A stretch of 64,000 nucleotides of DNA from positions 1,216,001 to 1,280,000 of the forward strand of contig CAWAIF010000003.1 in the NCBI GenBank assembly GCA_963782055.1, given 5' to 3'. Source of the DNA: an uncultured delta proteobacterium. Lineage in GTDB: Bacteria; Myxococcota_A; Polyangia; Polyangiales; Polyangiaceae. Under the pieces are notes generated by a model. The model made no database searches. It was not told the DNA's origin and saw nothing but the letters and a program-made list of their open reading frames with translations. Both the position numbers and the translations under genes were made by a program. Of the stretch, positions 39,744-53,096 are shown piece after piece (the first letter of the stretch is position 1; every line of letters begins with the position of its first letter).

Positions 39744-42700
39744 TCGTCGGCGTCTCCCAGCATCCCGATGGCGAAGCGCGGGCGGCGGCATGCCGCGTCG
39801 AAGGGGCAGTGCGTGCAGGCCTGCTCCGGGTGCGGGTACGGCGCGAGCATGCCGTGCCGCACGCGACGCGTCACCTTCAGGATGCGCTTCTCGAGCTGCG
39901 TCGCGCCGTCCTCCTCCTGGAAGAGCTCGCGGTAGCGCCGCTGGAACCCGGAGTACGCCGGGCGCTCCGGGTTCTTGGTGAGAAGGTACTCGCCCTCGTG
40001 CTCCGGCACGCCCAGGCGCGTCGCCGCGACGTGCGCGTAGACCGGGACCTGCAGCGTCGTCTTGCCCACCTCGTCGCCGGAGCCCGAGCTCGCCCGGTGC
40101 TTGTAGTCCACCACGTGCACCGCCGCGCGCAGGTGCCCCTGGTCGATGCGATCGATCTTGCCGCGGAGGCTCACCCGCTCCGCGCCCTCGCCGAGCGTCC
40201 AGGCCGGCCACGCGTCCCCCTCCGAGCCGAAGGACTGCTCCGCCATCAAGAAGTCCCACTCCTCGTCGCCGGCGGCGAGGCGCACCACGCGCATCGCCTC
40301 GTCGCGGATGCGCGCGAGCGTGGCGTCGCGCACCGGCTGGCCCGACACCGAGAGCGCCGTCGTCACCGCCGCCTCGGCGCCGGCGAGGATGGCCGCGACG
40401 TCGCGCGGGCGCGCCGGCCAGAGCGCGCGCGTCGCCTCGAAGGCGGCGCGGAGCGCCTCGTGCACGATCGTGCCTTCCTCGCGGCCGTCCGGCGTGTCGG
40501 TGGCGAGCTCGGCGTCGCGCGCCCCGAGCACCTGCGCGGCGAACCCCTGGAAGGGGCAGCGCGCGAGCCGCTCCAGCGCGGTCACCGAGAGCGGACGGGA
40601 GCCCCCGCCCGTCTCCGTCTCGAGCACCACGCGCAGCGCCGGGTCGTCCGGGAGCGCGCCGCACGCCTGCGAGGGGTGCGCGAAGCTCGTGTGCCAGCGT
40701 TCGCGCTCCAGCTCGATGACGGTGCGGCGGGCGGCGGCGGGATCCACGTCGCCGGCGCGCTCCGGGAAGTGCGCCAGCAGGGAGAGCGCGCGCTCCTCCG
40801 GGGTGACCGCGCCGCCGAGCAGGGGCGAGGCGTGGGCCACCTGCGACGCGACGCCGCCGCGCTCCAGCCACGCCACCAGCGGCGCCGGCGCCAGCGGGGC
40901 GCCCGTCGCGTCGCGCAGCTTGTAGACGAGCACCACGCGCTCCGCCGCCGCCGCCGCGAGCGCCAGGGACGCCAGGTCGCGCCCCTCCAGCACCGCGCGC
41001 GGCACCAGCGCGCGCAGCGGGTCGCGCTCGGTGAACGCGCGCACCAGCCGATCCGACACCAGAATCGCCGTGCTCGGCGGGGGAGGGGATGGCGCCGTCC
41101 TCGGCGTCCAGCACCACCAGGAGATCGAGCGCGTCGCCCGCGACGTCGCCCGGCCGCCCGATGCGCACGGCGCCGAGACGCCCGGCTGTGGGCGGGGGCG
41201 CACCGCCCTCCAGCGCGCGGGCCAGCTCGTGACGGAAGGTGGCCGCCGAGCAGGCCTCGCCGCAGCGGGCGTCGCGCGCGGCATGCTCCACGGCACCCAG
41301 CGCCGCGTCCAGCACGTCCCACGCGTGAAAGTCACGCGCCACCGAGTGGAGCTCCGCCCGGGCGATGCCCCGCGCCGGTGTGTCCTGCGCGAGCCACGCC
41401 TTCGTCAGATCGCCCGGGCGCGGCTGCAGCCCGAACGCTCCCCAGAGCGCGCGCGCGGCCCGCGCATGGGCCACGCGCGATTGTGTGCAATCTACACGCA
41501 TGCACGCCGCCCCGATGCGCCGTGCCAGCGCGGCGCGGCCCTCGCGCGCGGCGGCGTCCTCCCACGGGCCGCGCGGTGCGGCCGCGGTGGCGGCGAGGCG
41601 ACTCACCGCGTCCTCCCCGGCGGCGGTCGGCGTGCGCTCCAGCACCGCCGCCAGATCGTCCAGCAGGCGACGCGCCACCCTCCCGCCGGCGACGTCGGTC
41701 AGCGTCCGGGCGTCCAGGTATCGCGAGCGGAGCATCCGCGCGACGCGCTCGCGCGGGAGGGAGGGCGCCAGCGCGAGGAGGTCCAGCGCGACCGAGACGA
41801 GCCCCGACGCGAGCGGCGCCGGCCCGCGCGCGTCGAAGGTGGGGACGCCGCCCTCGTCGAGCAGGCGGCGGAGCGGGGCGAGCGTGGCCTCGTCCAGGCG
41901 CGGGACCACCACCGCGACGCGATCGGTCCGGCCTCCGGCCGCGAGCGCCGCGTGCACCGCCAGCGCCGCGGCCCGCGCCTGCGCCCCGGCGTCGGCGGCG
42001 CGCCGGACGGAGACCCGCGTGCGCGTCGCCCCGGGTACCTCCCCGAGCAGGGTCAGGTCGCCGAGCACCGGCGCGACGAGGCCGGTCTCCGGCGCCTCGT
42101 CCAGCCGCAGCGCCAGGTCGTCCAGCAGCGTGTCGAGCGGATCGCGCTCGCGCGTGGCGTCGATCGGCTTGTCGAACGCGGGCAGCTCCACCACCGCGCG
42201 GCCGCCGGCGCGCGACAGCGCCGCGTCGAGCGCGCGCCACCACGCGACGTCCGCGGGGTCCCACCGGACGAGCAGCCGCGCGCGCAGGTGCCGCGCGCCC
42301 GCCGCCCGCGCCACGTCCTCCGGCTCCGCGCGGGCGAGGACGCGCGCCAGCCGTGTGCCCACCGCGCGCCCGTCGACCATGCCGCGCGCCTGGAGCGCAC
42401 CGTCGAGCGCGCGCAGCGCCACGCGCAGCCACCGGGCGCGCTCGCCGGCTGCGCCCTCCACCTGCGCCAGATCGTCGGCGTCCAGTCCGGCCGCGCGCAG
42501 CGCGCCGATGGCGTCGTCCACCGCGTCGAAGGTGCGCAGCATCGCCGCCTCGCCGCCCTCGGTCTTGCTCGCGAAGCCCAGCGCGTCGTGTGCGGCCTCC
42601 CACAACACCATGCGCGTGGCCTCCGGACCGGCCACCCGCACCGTCGGACCGAGCGCGGCGTGGAGCGCGTCGCGCAGCCGCCCCCGCGTGATCGCCCGCT

Positions 42701-42782
42701 GCCCGCTCTGCGCGGCGCGCTCCACGTGGCGCTCGGTCGGCACCACCAGCAGCGCAGGGCCGCCCCACGGCGGCGCGGTCAA
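39740..42782 (-). pseudogene. addB: AddB-like inactive helicase with PD-(D/E)xK nuclease, interrupted by a +1 frameshift near 41060-41090
   Basis: TTG start overlapping the SLT stop; LLVVPT, RVAVVVP and LDLLVVLD in one frame. SVTALERLARCPF, GTIVHEAL, LRGKIDRID, VVDYK, LQVPVY and CTHCPFDAAC in the next frame. ATGA overlap with addA. Confidence 0.8.
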
Positions 42783-45157
42783 GGCGCGCTCCCGTCGGCG
42801 CGCCTGGGCAGGTGCAGCACCTCCGTCATGCTCGGCGGGTCGTAGAGGGCGGCGTAGGTGAGCTCGCTCCCCAGCACGCGCTTGATGTAGCCGCGCGTCT
42901 CGGCGTAGGGGATCTCCTCCACCCACAGGTCGAAGTCGTGCGTGCCGCGCGCGCGCAGCCATGAGCGGACGGCGCCGGGGCCGCCGTTGTACGCGGCGAT
43001 GGCCAGCGAAGGGTTGGCGGAGAAGCTGGACCGGAGGGAGGCGAGCAGCTTGGCGCCGAGTGCGATGGAGACGGTGGGCGTCTCCAGGCCATCCTGATCG
43101 TGCGCGAGGTTGGTGCCGCGCGCGACCAGCCGCGCGGTGGAGGGCATCAGCTGCATCAGCCCGATGGCGCCCGCCGGGCTGTGGATCCCGGCGATGAAGG
43201 CGGACTCCTCGCGCATGACGCCCCACAGCAGCGCGGGGGAGACGGCCTGCGCGGAGGCCTGCTGCCGCACGAGCGGCTCGAACGCCCTGGGGTATGCGGC
43301 GGCCCACGGACGTCGCCACCGCCCCTCCGGGTAGTGGGAGAGGTGCGCCTGCAGCCGGCGGCGGGCGAGGGCGCTGCCGACGTCGGGCGCGCCCGCCTCG
43401 TCGAAGAGCTCGGCGACCGCAAACACCAGGCCGTCGTCGGCGCCGGCGACCGTCGCGTCCGCCGCCGTCATCTCGTCACGCGCCGCGTCCACCTCGCCGA
43501 CGCCGAGCAGGGCGGTCGCCGTGACGAACTCCGGGCGGTGCGTCGGCGCCTCGTCGTGGTCCAGCAGCGCGCCGGGCTCCTCGCGCGACATCGCGTCGCG
43601 CAGCGCGGTCTCGGCGGCCTTCGGGTCCGTCTCGGCGAGGCGCGCCTCGGCCTGGGCCATGAAGTAGCTGAGCGGATACCCCGCGACGACCGCGGCGTAG
43701 CGCCGCCCGGCGTCCGCGGCGTCGCCCGTCATCGCCGCCGCGCGCGCGCGGAAGTACGCCGCCCTCCCGCCTGTCGCCCAGTGGTGGCTGTCTGCGTCCA
43801 GCGTGGCCGCGCGGTCGAGCGGCGCGGTGGCGCCCGCCCAGTCGCCGGCGACCATCCGCGCGAGCGCGACGCGGAAGAGCGCCTCGCTGCGCATGTCCCC
43901 GGAGGGGAAGTCGTCGGCGAGGGCGAGGAGCATCTTCTCCGCCTTCGCCTCGTCGCCCTTGTCTTGCACGATGAGCGCCGCCTGCAGGCGCGCGTCGTCG
44001 GCCAGGTGGTCGTGGGGGAACGCCTTCTCCAGCGCGGCGTATCGTGCGAGGGCCGTGTCGGTGTCGTGCGCGGCGGCGCTCGCCTTGGCGCCGGCGTAGA
44101 GCGCGCGCCCCTCGGCCGCGTCCCCCGCCGGCTTGCACGCCTTGATGACATCCGCCCAGGCCGCGGCGGCCGCGCCGTGCAGCCGCCCGATGGCGCGGGC
44201 GCGCGTGTCCTCCAGCCCGCAGCGCAGCTCCGGCGTCTTCTTGCCCGCGGCGAGGAGCACCCGCTCCGCCTCGGCGCGCGCCTCCTTGGCGTGGCCGGAG
44301 TCCAGCCACGCGCGGGCGCGCCGGGCGCGGTCCTCCGGCGAATCCTTGCGGGGGAGGGAAGGCTCGAGCGCGCGCGCCCGCGCCACCAGCTTGTCGGCCT
44401 CCAGCTTCTCGGCGTGCGCCGGCGCCTCGATGACGACGCGCTCGGCCAGGTCGAACGCCTCCCGCGCGCGGCTCTTCGGATCGCCGTCCTGCCCGTCGAG
44501 CAGGGCGCTCGCCAGGTGCGCGGCGGTCTCCACCCAGCGCGCGCCGTGCGGGTGATCGGCGAGCAGCGTCCGCCAGATGGGCACCGCCTTGCCGCGCTCG
44601 CCGCGCGCGGCGAGGGCCTCCGCGAGGAGGATCTGCGTCTCGGAGGCCAGGGCGATGTCCGGGCTGACGCGCGACGCGCGGGCGACGGCCTCGTCCGCGC
44701 CGCCGGCGCGCTCCCACGCCTCGGCGGCGCGCAGGCGCGCGTAGTCGGCGAGCGGGCAGGGGGCGCCGGCCTCTCCGCCGCCGGTCGCCGCGTCGAAGGC
44801 GTCGGCGGCGCCTCGGTCGTCTCCCGCCAGGGCGCGCAGGCGACCCAGCACGTAGCTCGCGGCGCAACAATCGGCTGGGCCGCCGGCGTCGGCGGCCATC
44901 GCCTCGGCGAGCGCCTTGGCGGCGCCGGCGTAGTCGTGCGCGGTCGCCAGCGCGGAGGCGCCGGCGAAGCGGGGATCGTCGAGCACCACGCGCGGCGCCG
45001 GCGGGTCGAAGGGTGAGCGCGCGCCGGTGTCCTCCGCCGCGCCCGCGTCCGCCACCACCGGCTCGGACGGGGCCTGCGCCTTGGGCTCCGCCGTGCCGCC
45101 CCGGCACGCGGCCGCCGCCAGCGCGGCGGCGAGGATCAGCCGCGCCGGTCGCGCCAT
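42779..45157 (-). CDS. Soluble lytic murein transglycosylase (Slt70-like, TPR plus SLT domain), lipoprotein
   Basis: Lipobox LAAAAC; TPR-like helices; SLT motifs VMREESAF, SPAGAIGLMQLMP, AAYNGG, EEIPYAETRGYIKRV. Confidence 0.9.
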   Translation of the reverse strand: MARPARLILAAALAAAACRGGTAEPKAQAPSEPVVADAGAAEDTGARSPFDPPAPRVVLDDPRFAGASALATAHDYAGAAKALAEAMAADAGGPADCCAASYVLGRLRALAGDDRGAADAFDAATGGGEAGAPCPLADYARLRAAEAWERAGGADEAVARASRVSPDIALASETQILLAEALAARGERGKAVPIWRTLLADHPHGARWVETAAHLASALLDGQDGDPKSRAREAFDLAERVVIEAPAHAEKLEADKLVARARALEPSLPRKDSPEDRARRARAWLDSGHAKEARAEAERVLLAAGKKTPELRCGLEDTRARAIGRLHGAAAAAWADVIKACKPAGDAAEGRALYAGAKASAAAHDTDTALARYAALEKAFPHDHLADDARLQAALIVQDKGDEAKAEKMLLALADDFPSGDMRSEALFRVALARMVAGDWAGATAPLDRAATLDADSHHWATGGRAAYFRARAAAMTGDAADAGRRYAAVVAGYPLSYFMAQAEARLAETDPKAAETALRDAMSREEPGALLDHDEAPTHRPEFVTATALLGVGEVDAARDEMTAADATVAGADDGLVFAVAELFDEAGAPDVGSALARRRLQAHLSHYPEGRWRRPWAAAYPRAFEPLVRQQASAQAVSPALLWGVMREESAFIAGIHSPAGAIGLMQLMPSTARLVARGTNLAHDQDGLETPTVSIALGAKLLASLRSSFSANPSLAIAAYNGGPGAVRSWLRARGTHDFDLWVEEIPYAETRGYIKRVLGSELTYAALYDPPSMTEVLHLPRRADGSAP

Positions 45158-45615
45158 GCCTCCGCGGAAGCCTCCTCTTCGCGCGCCTCGGCTTCCTTCC
45201 GGAGCCGGTTCACGAAGCGCGCCTTGTCCTTGTCCACCACGTCGGCGTCGGCCTTTCGCGCGGCGAGCGCCGTCTTCGCCGCCTGCTCCTGCTCCCGGGC
45301 GGCGGCCTCCTGCTCGGCGGCCGACGCCACCCGGCCTGTCAGCTGCGCTGCCCGGACGCCGGCGCCCACCTCCCACGCCTGAGCTCGCTGCAGGTCCCCG
45401 GCGGAGAGCTCTCCGTGGGCGAGCGAATCTTGCACACCTTCGCGCACCTGGGAGGCAGCGCGCTCTTCCTCGCGCCGCCGCACTTCCGCCGCTTCCCGGG
45501 CGCGCGCCGCCCGCTCCCGCTCGCCCACCCGGGCCGCCAGATCTTTCGTTGCCGCATCCACTTGCGTACCGCGTAGCTTCGCCAAAGGATCCAGCGGGTA
45601 CTTCTGCTTCGCCAT
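45136..45615 (-). CDS. FliJ/SctO(YscO)-like coiled-coil protein
   Basis: 159 aa; N-terminal KYPLDPLAKLR, long coiled coil, C-terminal EAREEEASAE; size and pattern match type III ATPase stalk proteins. Confidence 0.6.
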   Translation of the reverse strand: MAKQKYPLDPLAKLRGTQVDAATKDLAARVGERERAARAREAAEVRRREEERAASQVREGVQDSLAHGELSAGDLQRAQAWEVGAGVRAAQLTGRVASAAEQEAAAREQEQAAKTALAARKADADVVDKDKARFVNRLRKEAEAREEEASAEAWRDRRG

Positions 45616-45663
45616 CCCGGCGGAGTGTCGCACGCCAGAGGGAACGCTGCAGACGCAATCGTG

Positions 45664-46971
45664 ATGCCCAACGACGCCACTTCCTTCCCGGTGCGCATCC
45701 TGGACGCCCTCGGCCCGGCGTGGTTCCGCCGGCTGCCCCTCCTGGTCGCTGCGGGCCTGGCGCTCGCGGCCCTCCCGGCGACCGCCCTCTCGCCCCCCGT
45801 GGCCGCCGCCGTCTTCTGCCTGGCCTTCGCCGCCCTCATCATGCCGAGCCCGGTGCTGCGCCTGCGGGCACGCGCCGGGCGACTGAGGTGTCTGCCCGGC
45901 GCGGTGGAGGTGACGAAGGCGGGCGTCGCGTCGCAGACCCTCCGCGCGCGCGATCTGGTCGGCGCGACCACCGCCAGCGTGCGCGGCAAGATCAGCCTGG
46001 TGCTGGCGCACCGGAAGCGCCGCCTCGCGCCGGTCGTGCTGGAGCTGTCCTCCCGGGCGGAGCTCGACGCCGTGTGCCGCTCCCTCGGCATCGGTCACCA
46101 CGGCTTCGGCCAGGTGGGCTGGGGCGTGCGCCGCGGCAAGGGCTCCGCCCTGGAGGTGACGATGCGCATGCTCACCTCCATGCTCCTCGTGTTCTTCCCC
46201 GTGGCGATGCTCATCGGAGGCGACCTGTGGGACGGGCTGGGCGGTCTGGCCGCGCTCGCGGCCATGGGCGCCGGAGCCCTCGCGGCCGGCGCGTGGGCGA
46301 TCGGCACCGGTGTCGCACCCAGCGTGTACATGGACCCTTCCGGTCTGAGCTACGGCACCGGCGTGCGCCGGCGGCAGGTGAGCTTCGGCGCGATCCACCG
46401 GCTGGAGCTGATGGCGGACGACATCCACGTCGTGACCGACTCCGGCGAGCACGGCCAGCAGCACGACTGGCTGCACGCGCCGCCCAGCCGCTTCGCGCGG
46501 GAGGGCATGAGCGCGGAGGAGCGCGAGCACGCCTTCGCGCAGATGGAGGCCGCGGTGGAGCGGGCGCACGGGCGGTTCGTGCTCAAGGAGGAGGCCGCCT
46601 CCACCGTCGACGTCCTGCGCCGCAACGAGGGCGAGCCCGCCGGCGCGTGGCTGGCGCGGCTGGACGCGCTGAGCGCCGTCGTCGGAGTGCAGGGCTACCG
46701 CGGCGGCGCGCTCGAGGTCGTCGACGTGGAGCGTGTGCTGGCCGACCCGGAGGCGCCCGCCGACATGCGCGCCGGGGCCGCGCGGGTGCTCCGCCGCGTG
46801 GGGTCCCCGGACGACGTGCGCGTGCGCATCGCCGACGTGCTCTCGGCCACGCGCGAGCCCTCCGTCCGCAAGCGCATCGCCGCGGCGATCGACGACGACA
46901 TCGCCCGCGCGGAGATGGTGCTGGACGAGGAGCTGACGCCCGAGCCCACCGTGCCGCGCGCCGCGCGCTGA
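45664..46971 (+). CDS. Hypothetical membrane protein
   Basis: Two TM pairs, each followed by a beta-rich segment; helical C-terminus (LADPEAPADMRAGAARVL). Confidence 0.7.
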   Translation: MPNDATSFPVRILDALGPAWFRRLPLLVAAGLALAALPATALSPPVAAAVFCLAFAALIMPSPVLRLRARAGRLRCLPGAVEVTKAGVASQTLRARDLVGATTASVRGKISLVLAHRKRRLAPVVLELSSRAELDAVCRSLGIGHHGFGQVGWGVRRGKGSALEVTMRMLTSMLLVFFPVAMLIGGDLWDGLGGLAALAAMGAGALAAGAWAIGTGVAPSVYMDPSGLSYGTGVRRRQVSFGAIHRLELMADDIHVVTDSGEHGQQHDWLHAPPSRFAREGMSAEEREHAFAQMEAAVERAHGRFVLKEEAASTVDVLRRNEGEPAGAWLARLDALSAVVGVQGYRGGALEVVDVERVLADPEAPADMRAGAARVLRRVGSPDDVRVRIADVLSATREPSVRKRIAAAIDDDIARAEMVLDEELTPEPTVPRAAR

Positions 46972-46986
46972 GTCACCGGCGGGCGC

Positions 46987-50316
<3,330 letters not shown>

Positions 50317-50562
50317 GCGCCGAGGCGCGTCGATAGCAGCGCGGAGCGCCGGCGGCTACAGGCAAAGGGTCGCCGGCGTGCGGTCCGGCTGTGGGACCGC
50401 GCGCGGAAAAATCGCGCGCGTGCTGCTTTTTCGCCATCCCCCATGAGCCTCACGGCCTCGATGAGCTGGAGGCGGCGTGCAACACCGAGAATCTCCCGGC
50501 CCGCTGCTCCGTCCAACGGGCATGCTTGTTGATATGAGGTGCCCCGGAGAGGAGCCTGAGCC

Positions 50563-51882
50563 ATGCGCCGCGTCCTGATGTTTCTGCCTTTGCTGCCGCT
50601 TGCAGTGCTCGCCGGCTGCGACCCGGTGGTCTACTACCCACCGTCGACGCAGTACGAAGCCACCGCCACCTACGGCACGCCGGCGGTCACCGTGGAGGGG
50701 CAGCCCAACGTCTCGGGGGAGGTGGTGGTCGGGGGCGGCTACGACGACGAGTACGTCGACACCGACGCGAGCGCCCTCACCGAGTTCCGGGCCACCCTCG
50801 ACCCCTACGGCACCTGGGTGGACGACCCGACGTGGGGCGTGGTGTGGGTCCCGTACGAGTCGACCGTGGGGCGCGACTTCGAGCCCTACACCGCCGGCCA
50901 CTGGGTCTACGACAACGACGACTACGTGTGGGTGAGCGACTACTCCTGGGGCTGGGCCCCCTTCCACTACGGCCGCTGGGTCTACATCGGCGGGCGCGGC
51001 TGGGCGTGGATCCCCGGCCGGCAGTACGCCGGCGCATGGGTCGACTGGCGCGTCGGGGACGAGGGCTACGGCTACGTGGGCTGGGCGCCCATGCCGCCCA
51101 CCTGGTACTGGCACGGTGGCGTGGCGGTCGCGGTGGGGGCCGTCCCCCAGCCGCGGTGGGTCTACCTCTCCCGCAAGGATCTGTTCGAGCGCCACCTGCA
51201 CCACCGCGTGATCGCCGGGCCGCGCGTCGGGCCGATCGCCGAGCACACCCGGCCGTGGAAGCCGGCGTCGCCAGGCGTCGGCCACGGCGGACATCACCGG
51301 CCCGGCCCGCCGCCCACGCGCCTCGGCTTCCAGCCCAAGGCCGTGCCGCACGTCACGCCGAGCGACACCGGCATCGCCCGCGCGCGGCAGCTTCAGCATC
51401 GCCCGCCGCCCGCGCAGCGCGGTCCTGCGGGCCACCCCGGCGGGGTGACGCCTGCGCCGCGGGGGGGAGGTGGCGGCACGCCGCAGCCGCGTGAGCGCTA
51501 CAACCCGCCGACGCCCGCGCCGCAGCACCGGACGCCGACCCCGGCGCCTCGCGAGCGCTACAACCCGCCGACGCCCGCGCCGCAGCACCGGACGCCGACC
51601 CCGGCGCCTCGCGAGCGCTACAACCCGCCGACGCCCGCGCCGCAGCACCGGACGCCGACCCCGGCGCCGACGCAGCACGTCCGCCCGCCGCCCTCGCCGC
51701 CCCCGCAGCAGCACCGGGCGCCCCCCGCGCCGACGGAGCGCATCCATCCCGCGCCGCCGCCGGCGCCGCGACCCTCGCCGCGGCACTTCACGCCGGCTCC
51801 GGCGCCCTCTCCCTCCAACTCGTCGCACAACAAGCCGCCGCCCAAGAAGCCGCCGCCCGCGCGCGGCCGCGCGCCCCGCTGA
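50563..51882 (+). CDS. DUF6600-type (Trp/Gly-rich) lipoprotein with Pro-rich tail
   Basis: Lipobox LAGC; LDPYGTWV, GHWVY, WGWAPFHYGRW, GWAWIPG, VGWAPMPP. Confidence 0.8.
   Translation: MRRVLMFLPLLPLAVLAGCDPVVYYPPSTQYEATATYGTPAVTVEGQPNVSGEVVVGGGYDDEYVDTDASALTEFRATLDPYGTWVDDPTWGVVWVPYESTVGRDFEPYTAGHWVYDNDDYVWVSDYSWGWAPFHYGRWVYIGGRGWAWIPGRQYAGAWVDWRVGDEGYGYVGWAPMPPTWYWHGGVAVAVGAVPQPRWVYLSRKDLFERHLHHRVIAGPRVGPIAEHTRPWKPASPGVGHGGHHRPGPPPTRLGFQPKAVPHVTPSDTGIARARQLQHRPPPAQRGPAGHPGGVTPAPRGGGGGTPQPRERYNPPTPAPQHRTPTPAPRERYNPPTPAPQHRTPTPAPRERYNPPTPAPQHRTPTPAPTQHVRPPPSPPPQQHRAPPAPTERIHPAPPPAPRPSPRHFTPAPAPSPSNSSHNKPPPKKPPPARGRAPR
51491..51668 (+). repeat. 60-bp coding tandem repeat x3 (RERYNPPTPAPQHRTPTPAP)
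   Basis: Lines 51481, 51541 and 51601 are nearly identical in register. Confidence 0.95.
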
Positions 51883-51972
51883 GAGGCGCTCGGGCCGGGG
51901 GCCGCTCCCGCGCCGCCTCCCCCACGATTGGGCGTGGCCGAATCGGGCTGGCTGACTTACCTTCCCGCCTCC

Positions 51973-53073
51973 ATGACGACGCCCGCCGAGAAGGCCCTCG
52001 CCGACGACCTGGATCGCATCGCCGCCCGCTACGAGTCGCAGTTCTCCGGCCAGCCCCGGAGCAGCCGCAACGTCGACGAGCTGGACGCCATCATCGCGGA
52101 CACCGCGGCGCTGCTCGCCCGCGTCGAGTCCATCCCCGATGCCGTGCGCCCCGCGTCGATGTCGGAGCTCGCCGCGCGGATCCACACCAACCTGGAGATC
52201 TACCAGCGTGAGCGCGGCCTGATCGACGAGGCGAGGAAGATCGGCCCCGGCTTCGAGGAGTTCGCCCCCCTCGCCGCGGCGGCCAACTTCGTCTTCGCGC
52301 GCTACCACCGCCACTTCGCCGGCCAGTCGCGCGCCTCGCGCGATCTCGGCCTCATCCAGGAGATGGTCGACGACCTGGAGACCATCGAGGAGGGCATGGC
52401 GGACATCGTCGGCAGCCACCCCTCCGAGCAGCTCCAGAAGGACGTCGACCTGGTCCGCCGCACCCGCAAGATGTACGCGGACGAGGCGGAGGCCATCACC
52501 GAGGCGCGGACCACCGGCACCGCCGACGAGCGCGCCAGCCGCATGGCGGGCCTCGCCAACGCGCAGTTCAAGCTCTACCAGGACCACTTCGCCGGCCAGC
52601 CGCGGCAGACGCGCCGCCCCGCGCTGCTCATGCGGATGGTCGAGGAGCTGAAGCGCGTCCAGGTGGAGATGAAGGCGCTGCAGAAGGCGGGGGGCCTCTC
52701 CAACGACAGCAACAAGAAGAACGTCGAGATCGTCCAGCGGCAGATGGAGATGTACGAGAAGGAGCTCGGCGAGATCCGCAAGGCGCGCCAGGAGACGCCC
52801 ATGGGCGACCTGATGGGCATGCTCGGCGGGACCGCGAACGAGATCTTCGAGGCGTACAACAAGGACTTCGCCGGCCAGGACCGCAAGACGCGCGACCTGG
52901 CCAAGCTGCGCGTGCTCTGCGACCAGCTCGGGGAGGTGCGCCGGCAGATGGCGGACCTCTCGCGCGCGGAGTCGAGCGTGACCAACGAGCAGAACCTGGA
53001 CATCGTCAGCTCGCAGCTGGCGGCGTACGAGCAGGAGTACGAGGAGATCGAGCGACTGAAGGGGGAGGGGTAG
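51973..53073 (+). CDS. Hypothetical helical protein with four internal repeats
   Basis: Strong codon bias; F[AS]GQxRxxR occurs four times. Confidence 0.8.
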   Translation: MTTPAEKALADDLDRIAARYESQFSGQPRSSRNVDELDAIIADTAALLARVESIPDAVRPASMSELAARIHTNLEIYQRERGLIDEARKIGPGFEEFAPLAAAANFVFARYHRHFAGQSRASRDLGLIQEMVDDLETIEEGMADIVGSHPSEQLQKDVDLVRRTRKMYADEAEAITEARTTGTADERASRMAGLANAQFKLYQDHFAGQPRQTRRPALLMRMVEELKRVQVEMKALQKAGGLSNDSNKKNVEIVQRQMEMYEKELGEIRKARQETPMGDLMGMLGGTANEIFEAYNKDFAGQDRKTRDLAKLRVLCDQLGEVRRQMADLSRAESSVTNEQNLDIVSSQLAAYEQEYEEIERLKGEG

Positions 53074-53096
53074 GAGCGCTCCGCCCGCCACCGCGA

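Noticed and set aside
39740..40580. Cas4-like nuclease suggesting CRISPR or defence function
   Set aside because: The four-Cys PD-(D/E)xK domain is the C-terminus of an AddB-like gene coupled to a UvrD helicase-nuclease.
36066..43319. 2417-aa giant ORF as a single protein
   Set aside because: It is a mosaic of the addB N-part, out-of-frame Arg/Gly-rich sequence, the addA N-part and more out-of-frame sequence, produced by two frameshifts and stop-codon scarcity.
51491..51668. Tandem repeats as a possible CRISPR array (also 13155-13241)
   Set aside because: No unique spacers, in-frame coding repeats, and no cas genes.
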